Shown one piece after another: positions 1 through 9,044 of a stretch of 52,948 bases of DNA. The stretch lies in sequence record SRR20825010_1474; one strand, written 5' to 3'. Below the pieces are notes generated by a model. The model saw only the letters and a program-made list of their open reading frames with translations, was not told the DNA's origin and did no database searches. The translations under genes were made by a program, and so were the position numbers. How positions within the stretch are numbered: the first letter of the stretch is position 1; every line of letters starts with the position of its first letter.

Positions 1-40
1 GGCAAGCCTGTCTACCGACAAAGGCAGGCCTGTCTACCGA
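1..40. repeat. Two tandem copies of a short intergenic repeat (22-bp period)
   Basis: GGCAAGCCTGTCTACCGA (1-18) and GGCAGGCCTGTCTACCGA (23-40); may continue beyond the window edge. Confidence 0.7.
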
Positions 41-72
41 TGGGCAGATTTAAATCTCGATTATCGAGTAAA

Positions 73-1644
73 TTATTCCTTTTTGCCATCACCGGTAAGT
101 GTGTTGACGATCCCGTCCATTACATTGAGCCATAAATAATTAAAAAATGATTTGGTATTATCCCTCTCTGCATATATTTCCCCATACCTGTAGCCCTGTT
201 TGTCCGTTTTGGAGCCGTCGTTGGTGAAAATATTACCAACGAAGGTGAGCAGTTTATTTACTCCCGTTCTATCCTTTTTAAGAACGGTAAATCGAAAATC
301 CTCATAGTTCATTTTCATATCGCCACTAGAACTAATTGCATCACCACTAACTGTAAAATACAATTCTTGTACATCCCCTTCGGCCTCTGTACGAAGATTG
401 GATCTTAGGAATTGATTGATGCTCTCGGATTTAAAATCTGTGACAACGCCAGATACATAAAATGCATCGTTCTCCTTGTTGGCATCAAAATTCCATGTTA
501 GCTCAATCGGGGCTTCACCCATGAGTTGGGCCATAACTTTAATTTGGGTCTTTTCTCCATTTTTATAAGTATTGGAGACATTTCCTATTGTAGCCCCAAG
601 ATCGGCGAATACTATCTCTCCAGGCACTGTACCCCTTTTTACCAATTCGGAATACGCAATATATCCGTCGTTTATTTTAACCTCCGAAACATTTAGATCT
701 ATGGGCAACTCCCGTAACATACGGCTGTATAGTTTTTTTTGTTCATAGTCATCCTGAACAAGCTTGTCGCGATATATTTCCATTTTTGGTTTTTGGAGAG
801 TCAACGATGAGGAGTTTAGAAAAAATCGCTCTTTATTAAATCCAAAGTCCATATTGACCATCCTAAGCTCGGGGATTTTCAAATCAATATAATCATGCTC
901 TTTGTCCAATTTTTTAGAAAGCGTTATCTTATCATACTTGGACTTCAAGTATAAATTACTAAGTTCCATTTCTTGGTTCTTGATATTTATACCGCCAAGG
1001 TTTACAGCCTCATATGGTCCAAGATCCGCATATACCAATCCCGTACTCAAATTGTAATCCCCATAGGAAAATGGTATTTCCCGTTCTATAGTTTCCTTAT
1101 CCAATTTTAGATTTTCAAGGGACAAATTCAAATTTTCCACCGAGAAAACTATAGAATCCCCGCCCTTTCCGAAAATCTTGAATTCCCCGTCCTCAATGGA
1201 CAATTTGGCTATGGACAAAGTTCTTTCCATGGGACTGTCCGTTGCTGCAATCCCATTGTTTTTAACTTGATGTTCTCCTTGATAATATTCTGTTTTTGGC
1301 TTTAACAATCTAATTTTACGGATACTTATTGTGTTTCCAAATATGGCTTGGTAAAAGCCTATACCCTTTAGGTCAATAGCCTCGAGGCTCATCCCCGCTT
1401 TTCTAAAATTGGCATCCCTTTCCAAAATATCCAACCCAACCTCAGTTAATCTTACCGAACCCCGTATCAGATTTACCTGAATTTGATCATAGGTCAAATG
1501 CATGTGATTCGGTATTTGTTGGCTCAGATAATTTTCAATATAACTCTTGGCCCTCAATTGTAGGATGGTCAACAAAAGCAGTATCAGGACTACTGAAACA
1601 GTGATGATCCAAACTATTCTTTTTTTCAGTTTGCGGTCGGCCAT
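73..1644 (-). CDS. AsmA/DUF748-like membrane-anchored protein
   Basis: ~523 aa; one N-terminal hydrophobic anchor then beta-rich repeats; ATG at 1644 preferred over TTG at 1650; family is a by-eye guess. Confidence 0.6.
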   Translation of the reverse strand: MADRKLKKRIVWIITVSVVLILLLLTILQLRAKSYIENYLSQQIPNHMHLTYDQIQVNLIRGSVRLTEVGLDILERDANFRKAGMSLEAIDLKGIGFYQAIFGNTISIRKIRLLKPKTEYYQGEHQVKNNGIAATDSPMERTLSIAKLSIEDGEFKIFGKGGDSIVFSVENLNLSLENLKLDKETIEREIPFSYGDYNLSTGLVYADLGPYEAVNLGGINIKNQEMELSNLYLKSKYDKITLSKKLDKEHDYIDLKIPELRMVNMDFGFNKERFFLNSSSLTLQKPKMEIYRDKLVQDDYEQKKLYSRMLRELPIDLNVSEVKINDGYIAYSELVKRGTVPGEIVFADLGATIGNVSNTYKNGEKTQIKVMAQLMGEAPIELTWNFDANKENDAFYVSGVVTDFKSESINQFLRSNLRTEAEGDVQELYFTVSGDAISSSGDMKMNYEDFRFTVLKKDRTGVNKLLTFVGNIFTNDGSKTDKQGYRYGEIYAERDNTKSFFNYLWLNVMDGIVNTLTGDGKKE

Positions 1645-1838
1645 AATCAAATTAAAAATAAGCTACTATCCACAAAGTACGCGCATGCAATTTTTAATTA
1701 ATGCTCCAACCACATTTAATATTGACTTTTTCCAATGAGTATGCCTGTGAAGCCAATGGAGTTATAATTTGTATTGATGGGGACAATACGGTAGCCAAAC
1801 ATTATCTATTCTTTTAAAAAATTAAAACAATCATAATC

Positions 1839-2309
1839 ATGAAGAAGATATTAAGTGTTTTAACAGTTGTAACAATGACAATTGTAGCCGCCAATGCCCA
1901 ATCCATTTCTAAAAACGCCCTAGGTTTAAGGCTTGGAGACAATGACGGATTTGGAGGGGAAGTATCCTATCAAAGGGCGGTATCGGACAATAACAGACTT
2001 GAGTTTGATCTAGGTTGGCGCGATTCCAACAATGTTGATGCTTTTAAATTGGTTGGACTCTATCAATGGGTGATGCCAATAGAAGGACTATTTAACTGGT
2101 ATGTGGGCGCAGGGGCCGGAATAGGCTCCTTCGATTCCCCTGGAGGAGATGGCGCTTTTGCCCTTGTAGCAGGTGACATAGGTATAGAGTGTAATTTTGA
2201 TTTTCCGCTTTTGTTGTCCTTGGACATACGTCCAGAACTTGGTTTTAATGATGACTACTCGGACGATCTGGATTTGGATATCGCCTTAGGTATCAGGTAT
2301 CAGTTCTAA
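1839..2309 (+). CDS. Small outer-membrane beta-barrel protein
   Basis: 156 aa, signal peptide (AANA-Q), NALGLRLG start, amphipathic strands, C-terminal GIRYQF beta-signal. Confidence 0.85.
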   Translation: MKKILSVLTVVTMTIVAANAQSISKNALGLRLGDNDGFGGEVSYQRAVSDNNRLEFDLGWRDSNNVDAFKLVGLYQWVMPIEGLFNWYVGAGAGIGSFDSPGGDGAFALVAGDIGIECNFDFPLLLSLDIRPELGFNDDYSDDLDLDIALGIRYQF

Positions 2310-2335
2310 AACTGATTAAAAATTAAAACAACATC

Positions 2336-2373
2336 TACCCTAGAATCAAGTTCTTTGATTTCTAGGGTATTTT
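2336..2373 (+). terminator. Rho-independent terminator
   Basis: TACCCTAGAATCAAG-loop-TTGATTTCTAGGGTA followed by TTTT, just after the barrel gene. Confidence 0.75.
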
Positions 2374-2547
2374 CGTTCTATAGTAGCTTAAAGTGAACCC
2401 ATAAATAATTTTAAACTTTTAATTATCCGGTTTACCACAAGCAATTCCCACTGTTGTCCCCTATGAATAATACTTGTTACTTCATTAGAGTTTGTCTTCA
2501 AAGTTTTTTAAATTACTGAATTAAAATCAGTTAAATAATTAATAAGA

Positions 2548-3291
2548 ATGAAAAAACTAGAGGGGCAGGTTGTAATCATTACCGGTGGGGCAAGAGGCAT
2601 AGGTGAAGGAATCTGTAAAGTCTTTTGTAATGAGGGGGCCACCGTAGCCCTATGGGATGTGCTGGAAGAAGGCCAAAAAACCGCGGACAGGATTGCTAAG
2701 AACGGTGGTAAAATATTCTACCAAAATGTGGATGTTTCCAGCCAAGAATCTGTTGACAAGGCTGTTGCCAAGGTCATTTCCGAATATGGAAAGATAGATG
2801 TACTCATTAACAACGCTGGAATAATTCGTGACCGATCTATTTTAAAAATGAGTCGTGAGGAATGGGACCAAGTTATGCACGTAAATGTTGATTCCCTATA
2901 CATTACCGCCAAAGCCGTAGTACCCCATATGAAGACGGCCAATTATGGCAGGATTATCTCCGCCTCCTCCGTGAATGCCTTTCAAGGCGCCTTTGGACAG
3001 ACCAACTATAGTGCCAGTAAGGCTGCTATAGTAGGCTTTACACATTCCCTGTGCAGGGAAGTTGGCAAATACAATATTACTGTTAATGCCATTGCCCCAG
3101 GATTTATTAAAACTGAAATGACGGATTCCATGCCTCAAGATGTCATACAGGCAGGAATTTCAATGATTCCTGTTGGACGCATTGGCACCCCGGAAGATAT
3201 GGGACATGCCTATCTCTTCCTGGCTTCCAAGGAAGCCGGATTTATAAGTGGGCATACCTTGCATGCCAATGGTGGTGCCATGCCAATGTAA
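2548..3291 (+). CDS. SDR oxidoreductase, FabG/3-oxoacyl reductase-like
   Basis: TGGARGIG, NNAG, YSASK, APGFIKTEMT motifs. Confidence 0.9.
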   Translation: MKKLEGQVVIITGGARGIGEGICKVFCNEGATVALWDVLEEGQKTADRIAKNGGKIFYQNVDVSSQESVDKAVAKVISEYGKIDVLINNAGIIRDRSILKMSREEWDQVMHVNVDSLYITAKAVVPHMKTANYGRIISASSVNAFQGAFGQTNYSASKAAIVGFTHSLCREVGKYNITVNAIAPGFIKTEMTDSMPQDVIQAGISMIPVGRIGTPEDMGHAYLFLASKEAGFISGHTLHANGGAMPM

Positions 3292-3355
3292 TACAAGCCC
3301 ATTGCACAACCAAGAAAATACAAAATACCAATAGTACATTATTAATACCAGTGGG

Positions 3356-4144
3356 ATGCAAACAAGTGTAAAACAAAAATTCAATTTAAAGAACAAGGTT
3401 GCCATTGTAACCGGTGCCAGTAAGGGTATTGGGGAATCTATTGCCAGAGGTCTAGCCGAATACGGAGCCAAGGTGGTCATTAGTTCCCGTAACCAAGAAG
3501 CAGTTGACCAAGTGGCAAATAATTTAAAAAAGGAAGGGTACGATGCCTTGGGGATAGCCTGCCATGTTGGTGATGAATACCAATTAAAAAAATTGGTTGA
3601 GGAAACAATGAACGCTTATGGAGGGGTGGACATCCTAGTGAACAATGCCGCCACCAATCCGTTTTATGGCCCCTTGGACACCATGGAGAACGCCCTATTC
3701 GACAAAATAATGGACATAAATGCCAAGGCCCCTTTCCATTTGGCCAATCTATGTTATCCCATTATGAAAAAAAGCGGAGGCGGGAGTATCATTAATATTG
3801 CTTCGGTAGAAGGAATTAAACCAAGTGTTGGATTGGGATTGTACAGTGTTAGTAAGGCGGCCTTGATCATGTTGACCAAATCACAGGCAGTGGAATGGGG
3901 CAAATTTGGAATCCGTTCCAATGCCATCTGCCCAGGACTCATCAAGACCAAATTTAGTTCGGCCCTATGGCAGAACGAAAAAATATTGGATCAAGTAACC
4001 CGTCATTTACCTGCAGGAAGAATGGCCGTTCCGGACGAAATGGCCGGCCTGGCCTGTTTTTTGGCTTCTGATGCTTCCAGCTATTGTACTGGATCGGTTT
4101 TTACGGCCGATGGTGGGCATATGATTGCCGGTGGATTCAATTAG
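3356..4144 (+). CDS. SDR oxidoreductase, DHRS4-like
   Basis: TGASKGIG, NNAATNPFYG, YSVSK, CPGLIKTKFS motifs. Confidence 0.9.
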   Translation: MQTSVKQKFNLKNKVAIVTGASKGIGESIARGLAEYGAKVVISSRNQEAVDQVANNLKKEGYDALGIACHVGDEYQLKKLVEETMNAYGGVDILVNNAATNPFYGPLDTMENALFDKIMDINAKAPFHLANLCYPIMKKSGGGSIINIASVEGIKPSVGLGLYSVSKAALIMLTKSQAVEWGKFGIRSNAICPGLIKTKFSSALWQNEKILDQVTRHLPAGRMAVPDEMAGLACFLASDASSYCTGSVFTADGGHMIAGGFN

Positions 4145-4201
4145 TCATTGGACAAAGCTTAGTACATCCCACACAATTTAAAAGGACATAAATCAAACCA
4201 A

Positions 4202-5536
4202 ATGGAAGAAGAAAAATCGATCAATAAGGCGTACTCCACGGAAATTTCACAACTGTCGGATCTGACCCATTATCTAGGCAAGGAATTGGGGCTATCCAAT
4301 TGGATAACTATAACCCAGGACATGATCGACACCTTTGCCAGAACAACGGACGATAATCAATGGATTCACGTGGATCCTGAAAAATCCGCCAAATATTCCC
4401 CCTATAAAAAAACGGTGGCACATGGATTCTTGGTCCTTTCCCTAGCCTCAAAATTCTGCTTTGAAACCCTCAAGATAAAAGATATTGCGATGGGGGTAAA
4501 TTATGGATTGGACAAAGTGCGGTTTATGAATGCCACCCCTGTGGGTGCCTTATTAAGGGCTCGTGTATCTTTAATGGAATTCAGCCCTTTTGAAGGCGGG
4601 GCCAAATACAAATTAAAGCTTGTATTTGAGCTTAAAGGGGAAGAAAAACCGGCTTGTGTAGCCGAGTTTATTGCCCAAGCCTATGCAAACCCAAATAGTA
4701 AAAAAACAAGTTCGGCACCTAAAAAGGTCGCTCCAGAAAAAATTGAAAGCAACAGTAATGAGAGTGTTCTTTTTGAAAAGGAAGGCGATATTGGAATTAT
4801 CACCCTAAACAGGCCGTCAAGATACAATGCGGTTACCGACGATGTTGTGAACGGAATTACTGCCGCTATCAACATAATCCGCAAGGACGATGACATTGGC
4901 GCAGTGGTTATTACGGGAGCCGGAAAAGGTTTTTGTGCCGGTGCGGATATGGCGGTCTTCGGCCAAGTTACACCCGAAGAAGGCAGGGCATATATTACCA
5001 GTACCTACCAACCATTGATGCGCACTCTTTTTACCCTTCGTAAACCCATTATCGGGGCAATTAACGGAACTGCGGCCGGAGTAGGAGCTTCCCTGGCCCT
5101 TGCCTGCGATTTTAGGGTAATGTCCAAAAGCAGTGCTTTATTGTACGCCTTTATTAATATAGGCTTAGGCCCCGACGGTGGCGGCAGTTGGCTTTTGGCA
5201 AGACAAGTGGGTTATAGCAAAGCCTTGCAAATAGCCGTGGAAGGAAAAAAAATAATGGCCTCGGAATGCCTGGATCTTGGCCTCACCAATAAATTGGTAC
5301 AGGACGATACCGATTTGCTTAAAACCGCCAAAAATTGGGCCCATGAATTGGCCAAACTGCCCACCCTAGCTGTTGGTGTTACCAAAGAGGATATGTTCTA
5401 TGCCATGGGACATGATCTATATGATACCATTGCTTATGAAGCGGAAAAACAAGTTGCCACATTTGGGAGCCGCGATTTTGCAGAAGGTGTCAATGCCTTT
5501 TTGGAAAAGCGTCCCGCTAAATTTATTGGCAAATAA
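4202..5536 (+). CDS. Fusion: MaoC-like (R)-hydratase plus crotonase-family enoyl-CoA hydratase/isomerase
   Basis: N-half has FARTTDDNQWIHVDP and AHGFL; K/S/P-rich linker; C-half has ITLNRP, FCAGAD, AFINIGLGPDGG, AFLEKRPAKF. Confidence 0.85.
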   Translation: MEEEKSINKAYSTEISQLSDLTHYLGKELGLSNWITITQDMIDTFARTTDDNQWIHVDPEKSAKYSPYKKTVAHGFLVLSLASKFCFETLKIKDIAMGVNYGLDKVRFMNATPVGALLRARVSLMEFSPFEGGAKYKLKLVFELKGEEKPACVAEFIAQAYANPNSKKTSSAPKKVAPEKIESNSNESVLFEKEGDIGIITLNRPSRYNAVTDDVVNGITAAINIIRKDDDIGAVVITGAGKGFCAGADMAVFGQVTPEEGRAYITSTYQPLMRTLFTLRKPIIGAINGTAAGVGASLALACDFRVMSKSSALLYAFINIGLGPDGGGSWLLARQVGYSKALQIAVEGKKIMASECLDLGLTNKLVQDDTDLLKTAKNWAHELAKLPTLAVGVTKEDMFYAMGHDLYDTIAYEAEKQVATFGSRDFAEGVNAFLEKRPAKFIGK

Positions 5537-5622
5537 CTCATTATTTAAGATAGAGCTACCATTTTCAAAAGATATCCTAAGCTGATTATACATGAAGAAC
5601 GGAGCTTCCAAAAACTAAACAA

Positions 5623-6801
5623 ATGAATTTCGACGATATAAAAAATAGGATAAAAGCCTTTGTTAAGGAGGAACTATTTCCTTTGGAACCCTGGATATTA
5701 AATTGTAGATGGGATGAAAAACTACCAAAGCTGAATGAACTTCGCAAAAAAGTAAAAGACGGCGGACTTTGGCTACCCCAGGTCCCAAAGGAATACGGGG
5801 GTTTAGGGCTAAGTAATACCCAGCACGGGGAAATCAGCGAAATTTTAGGTACCAGTCCTTACGGACATTATTGCTTTAATTGTCAGGCCCCTGATGCCGG
5901 CAACATGGAAATATTGATCGAGTTCGGGACCAAGGAACAGAAAGAGGCATACCTCTACCCTCTTCTAGCAGGAGATATTAGGAGCTGTTTCGCCATGACC
6001 GAACCCGATTATGCAGGCTCCAATCCTGTAAATATGGGCACAATGGCCTTTAAAAAGGATGGCCATTATATAATAAACGGTCATAAATGGTTCACCACCG
6101 GTTTTGACGGGGCCTCATTTGCCATTGTAATGTTGATAACCAATCCGGAAGCATCAGAAGCGCATAAAAAGGCAAGCCAAGTTATTGTCCCCATCAATAC
6201 CCCCGGTCTGGAATTTATTAGAAACATTCCCATAATGGGACATGCAGGTAACGGCTGGGAAAGTCATTCCGAAATTAAATTCCATAATGTAAAAGTGCCC
6301 TTGACGAATGTATTGGGCGGAGATGGCGAAGGATTTACCATTGCCCAAAAACGATTGGGACCGGGACGTATCCACCACTGTATGCGATGGATGGGCATAT
6401 GTGAACGCTCTTTTGACCTAATGTGCCAACGGGCCGTGTCCAGGGAATTGGCACATGGAAAAGCATTGGCCGATAAACAGACCATCCAAAACTGGATTGC
6501 AGAATCCAGGGCCGAAATTAATGCTGCGCGATTATTGATCCAGGATGCTGCCCATAAAATTGATACTCAGGGAGCTTATAAAACCAGAAAGGAAATATCC
6601 ATCATTAAGTTTTTTTGTGCCAACGTGCTTCAAAAAGTGGTAGACCGTGCCATACAGGTCCATGGTGCCTTAGGCCTAACGGACGACACTATCCTGGCTT
6701 TCTACTATAGGCATGAACGGGCTGCCCGAATTTATGATGGGGCCGACGAGGTGCATAAGAGCAGCTTGGCCAGACAGATTTTAAAAGAATACAGAATTTA
6801 A
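5623..6801 (+). CDS. Acyl-CoA dehydrogenase (ACAD10/11, FadE2-like)
   Basis: FNCQAPDAGNME, FAMTEP, GHKWFTTG, RLGPGRIHHCMR, RIYDGADEVH. Confidence 0.92.
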   Translation: MNFDDIKNRIKAFVKEELFPLEPWILNCRWDEKLPKLNELRKKVKDGGLWLPQVPKEYGGLGLSNTQHGEISEILGTSPYGHYCFNCQAPDAGNMEILIEFGTKEQKEAYLYPLLAGDIRSCFAMTEPDYAGSNPVNMGTMAFKKDGHYIINGHKWFTTGFDGASFAIVMLITNPEASEAHKKASQVIVPINTPGLEFIRNIPIMGHAGNGWESHSEIKFHNVKVPLTNVLGGDGEGFTIAQKRLGPGRIHHCMRWMGICERSFDLMCQRAVSRELAHGKALADKQTIQNWIAESRAEINAARLLIQDAAHKIDTQGAYKTRKEISIIKFFCANVLQKVVDRAIQVHGALGLTDDTILAFYYRHERAARIYDGADEVHKSSLARQILKEYRI

Positions 6802-6806
6802 GAATT

Positions 6807-7889
6807 ATGTTGAATCCATGGAACGATAAATCCACAACCATCCGTAAAGGGGAAGAATTGCAAATGGAGAATTTACAATCCTATTTGCAAGATTTTTTTA
6901 CCCACAAAGGCGATTTAAAAGTTACCCAATTTCCAAGTGGTTTTTCCAACCTTACCTATTTGGTACAATTGGGAAATAGGGAATATGTATTGCGAAGACC
7001 GCCCATTGGTGCCAATATAAAATCCGCTCACGATATGAAGCGTGAATACGACATATTAACGGCCTTAAAACCCAACTACGTTAAGGTCCCGGCACCAATA
7101 CTTTATTGCCAAGACGAATCCATTCTAGGCTGCCCCTTCTACTTGATGGAACGGGTGGAAGGGGTTATTTTAAGGGCAAAAATGCCAGTTGAAATGATTC
7201 CCTCCAAAGTACTGATGCAGGGCATATCGAACAGTTTTGTAAATACATTTGTTGATCTTCACCAACTGGATGTAAAGGAAATAGGTTTGGATGGATTTGG
7301 TAAACCCCAAGGATATATGCAACGTCAAATTGAAGGTTGGACCAGGCGATATTACAAATCCAAAACCGATGAAATTCCCAGAATTGAAGCTGCCGCAAAA
7401 TGGTTGGGAGAGAATATGCCCAAGGAACCAAAAGACTACTCCCTGATCCATAACGATTTTAAATACGACAATTTGGTGCTGGATTCCCAGGATTGGACCA
7501 AAGTTAATGCGGTGCTGGATTGGGAAATGGCCACTATAGGAAATCCATTGATGGATCTTGGTACCGCCTTGGGATATTGGGTCAACCCCAATGACCCTGA
7601 CTTTATGAAGGCCCTAAACCTTACCCCGACCCATCTTCCCGGTAATCTTACACGGGAGGAGGTGGTGCATCAATACAGTCTAAAAAGTGGACAAACAGTA
7701 AATCATATAATCTTTTATTATGTCTTCGGCCTGTTCAAAATAGCAGTAATCATCCAACAAATATACTTTCGCTATAAGAAAGGATTTACTCAGGACCAGC
7801 GCTTTGCAAAACTCATCGATGGAGTAAACCTGCTTGGGGAAATAACACACATGGCCATCGCCAAAAAAAGATTGGACAATCTGTTTTGA
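6807..7889 (+). CDS. APH-family phosphotransferase (ACAD10/11 kinase-like)
   Basis: GFSNLTY, LRRPP, AHDMKRE, HNDFKYDN, LDWEM motifs. Confidence 0.9.
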   Translation: MLNPWNDKSTTIRKGEELQMENLQSYLQDFFTHKGDLKVTQFPSGFSNLTYLVQLGNREYVLRRPPIGANIKSAHDMKREYDILTALKPNYVKVPAPILYCQDESILGCPFYLMERVEGVILRAKMPVEMIPSKVLMQGISNSFVNTFVDLHQLDVKEIGLDGFGKPQGYMQRQIEGWTRRYYKSKTDEIPRIEAAAKWLGENMPKEPKDYSLIHNDFKYDNLVLDSQDWTKVNAVLDWEMATIGNPLMDLGTALGYWVNPNDPDFMKALNLTPTHLPGNLTREEVVHQYSLKSGQTVNHIIFYYVFGLFKIAVIIQQIYFRYKKGFTQDQRFAKLIDGVNLLGEITHMAIAKKRLDNLF

Positions 7890-7931
7890 AGAAAAGATAA
7901 TCCTCCAAGCACAGCGGCCGTACGTAAAGGA

Positions 7932-7965
7932 CCACTGGTCTACACTTAATTTCCATTCGTCTATA
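7932..7965 (+). promoter_or_regulatory. Putative LytTR-type direct-repeat site A
   Basis: CCACTGGTCTACA (7932) and CCATTCGTCTATA (7953), 21-bp period; TACTTTG ends at 8000. Confidence 0.65.
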
Positions 7966-8024
7966 GCATCAAATTCTTTTCTGAGGTTTTCCGTACTTTG
8001 CAGTTCACTTTAATATGCCTAACA

Positions 8025-8426
8025 ATGAACATTCTATTCATAGAAGATGATGCCATAGAAACCATGAAGCTTCATAGAACTCTTGGAAAACTTGGTTTGC
8101 ACCATGATATCATTGAGGCCAAAAACGGAGAAGAAGCACTTGCCATTCTCAATTCCGATGTAAAATTGCCGGATATGATCTTTCTGGATCTAAACATGCC
8201 ACGAATGAGCGGTATAGAGTTCCTTAAAATCTTAAAGGCACATGATAGCTTTCGCTATTTACCTACAGTTGTACTTACAACTTCCCAAAACAGGGCAGAT
8301 TTATTGGAATGTTATAAGATCGGCATTGCCGGTTATGTGATAAAACCCCTTAAATACGAGGATTATGCAGAAAAGCTGCGAAAGGTGTTCGATTATTGGG
8401 AAGCCAATGAACTTGTGAAAAAATAA
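8025..8426 (+). CDS. Single-domain response regulator (Rcp1-like receiver)
   Basis: IEDD, FLDLNMP, LTTS, YVIKP; ATG at 8025 preferred over TTG at 7998. Confidence 0.9.
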   Translation: MNILFIEDDAIETMKLHRTLGKLGLHHDIIEAKNGEEALAILNSDVKLPDMIFLDLNMPRMSGIEFLKILKAHDSFRYLPTVVLTTSQNRADLLECYKIGIAGYVIKPLKYEDYAEKLRKVFDYWEANELVKK

Positions 8427-8501
8427 CACAAAACCGCACATTCACAACAATTTCTTTTATACAGGTAACTGTTTTCCTACATTTAAGCACAAATAAGTAT
8501 C

Positions 8502-9044
8502 ATGAAAGGAATTGTATTTACCGAGTTTTTAGAAATGGTAGAATCCTCCTTCGGTCTGGAGGTAGTAGATGAAATCATTGAGAAATCAAATTTAGAATCT
8601 GAAGGAATCTATACTTCCATAGGCACCTATGAATTTAATGAAATGGTAAGCTTGATAACTAATTTAAGCGATTCCGTTAAGATAGATACCAATACCCTGC
8701 TCCACACCTTTGGGCACTATCTGTTCAGTAGTTTGGGAAAGGCCCACCCAGAGGTGATTAAAAGCTACACCAATCCCCTAGGGCTTCTATACAGTATAGA
8801 AGATCACATCCACGTGCATGTTAAAAAACTATATCCAGATGCCGAATTGCCAAGTTTTAAAATCCTGGAAAAAACTGACCACTCCATTTCCATGATTTAC
8901 TCCTCGTCAAGGGGGTTGTATAGATTGGCACATGGACTAATAGAAAAATGTTTTGAACATTTCAATAGTTCGGCAAAAATATCTTATGAACTTTTGAAAG
9001 ACGATGGTACTGAAGTAAAATTCGATATAGTTCAAAATGGATAG
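8502..9044 (+). CDS. Stand-alone H-NOX (heme NO/O2-binding) protein
   Basis: MKGIVF N-terminus, proximal His region IHVHVKKLYPDAELP, YxSxR motif (YSSSR). Confidence 0.92.
   Translation: MKGIVFTEFLEMVESSFGLEVVDEIIEKSNLESEGIYTSIGTYEFNEMVSLITNLSDSVKIDTNTLLHTFGHYLFSSLGKAHPEVIKSYTNPLGLLYSIEDHIHVHVKKLYPDAELPSFKILEKTDHSISMIYSSSRGLYRLAHGLIEKCFEHFNSSAKISYELLKDDGTEVKFDIVQNG

Noticed and set aside
4202-5536. Fusion as a 3-hydroxyacyl-CoA epimerase (R- plus S-hydratase)
   Set aside because: The crotonase half lacks the catalytic glutamates of (S)-hydratases, so an isomerase is more plausible.
8438-8485. Fifth LytTR-like site before H-NOX (ACATTCACAACA ... TACATTTA)
   Set aside because: Single degenerate half-site with no convincing partner 21 bp away.
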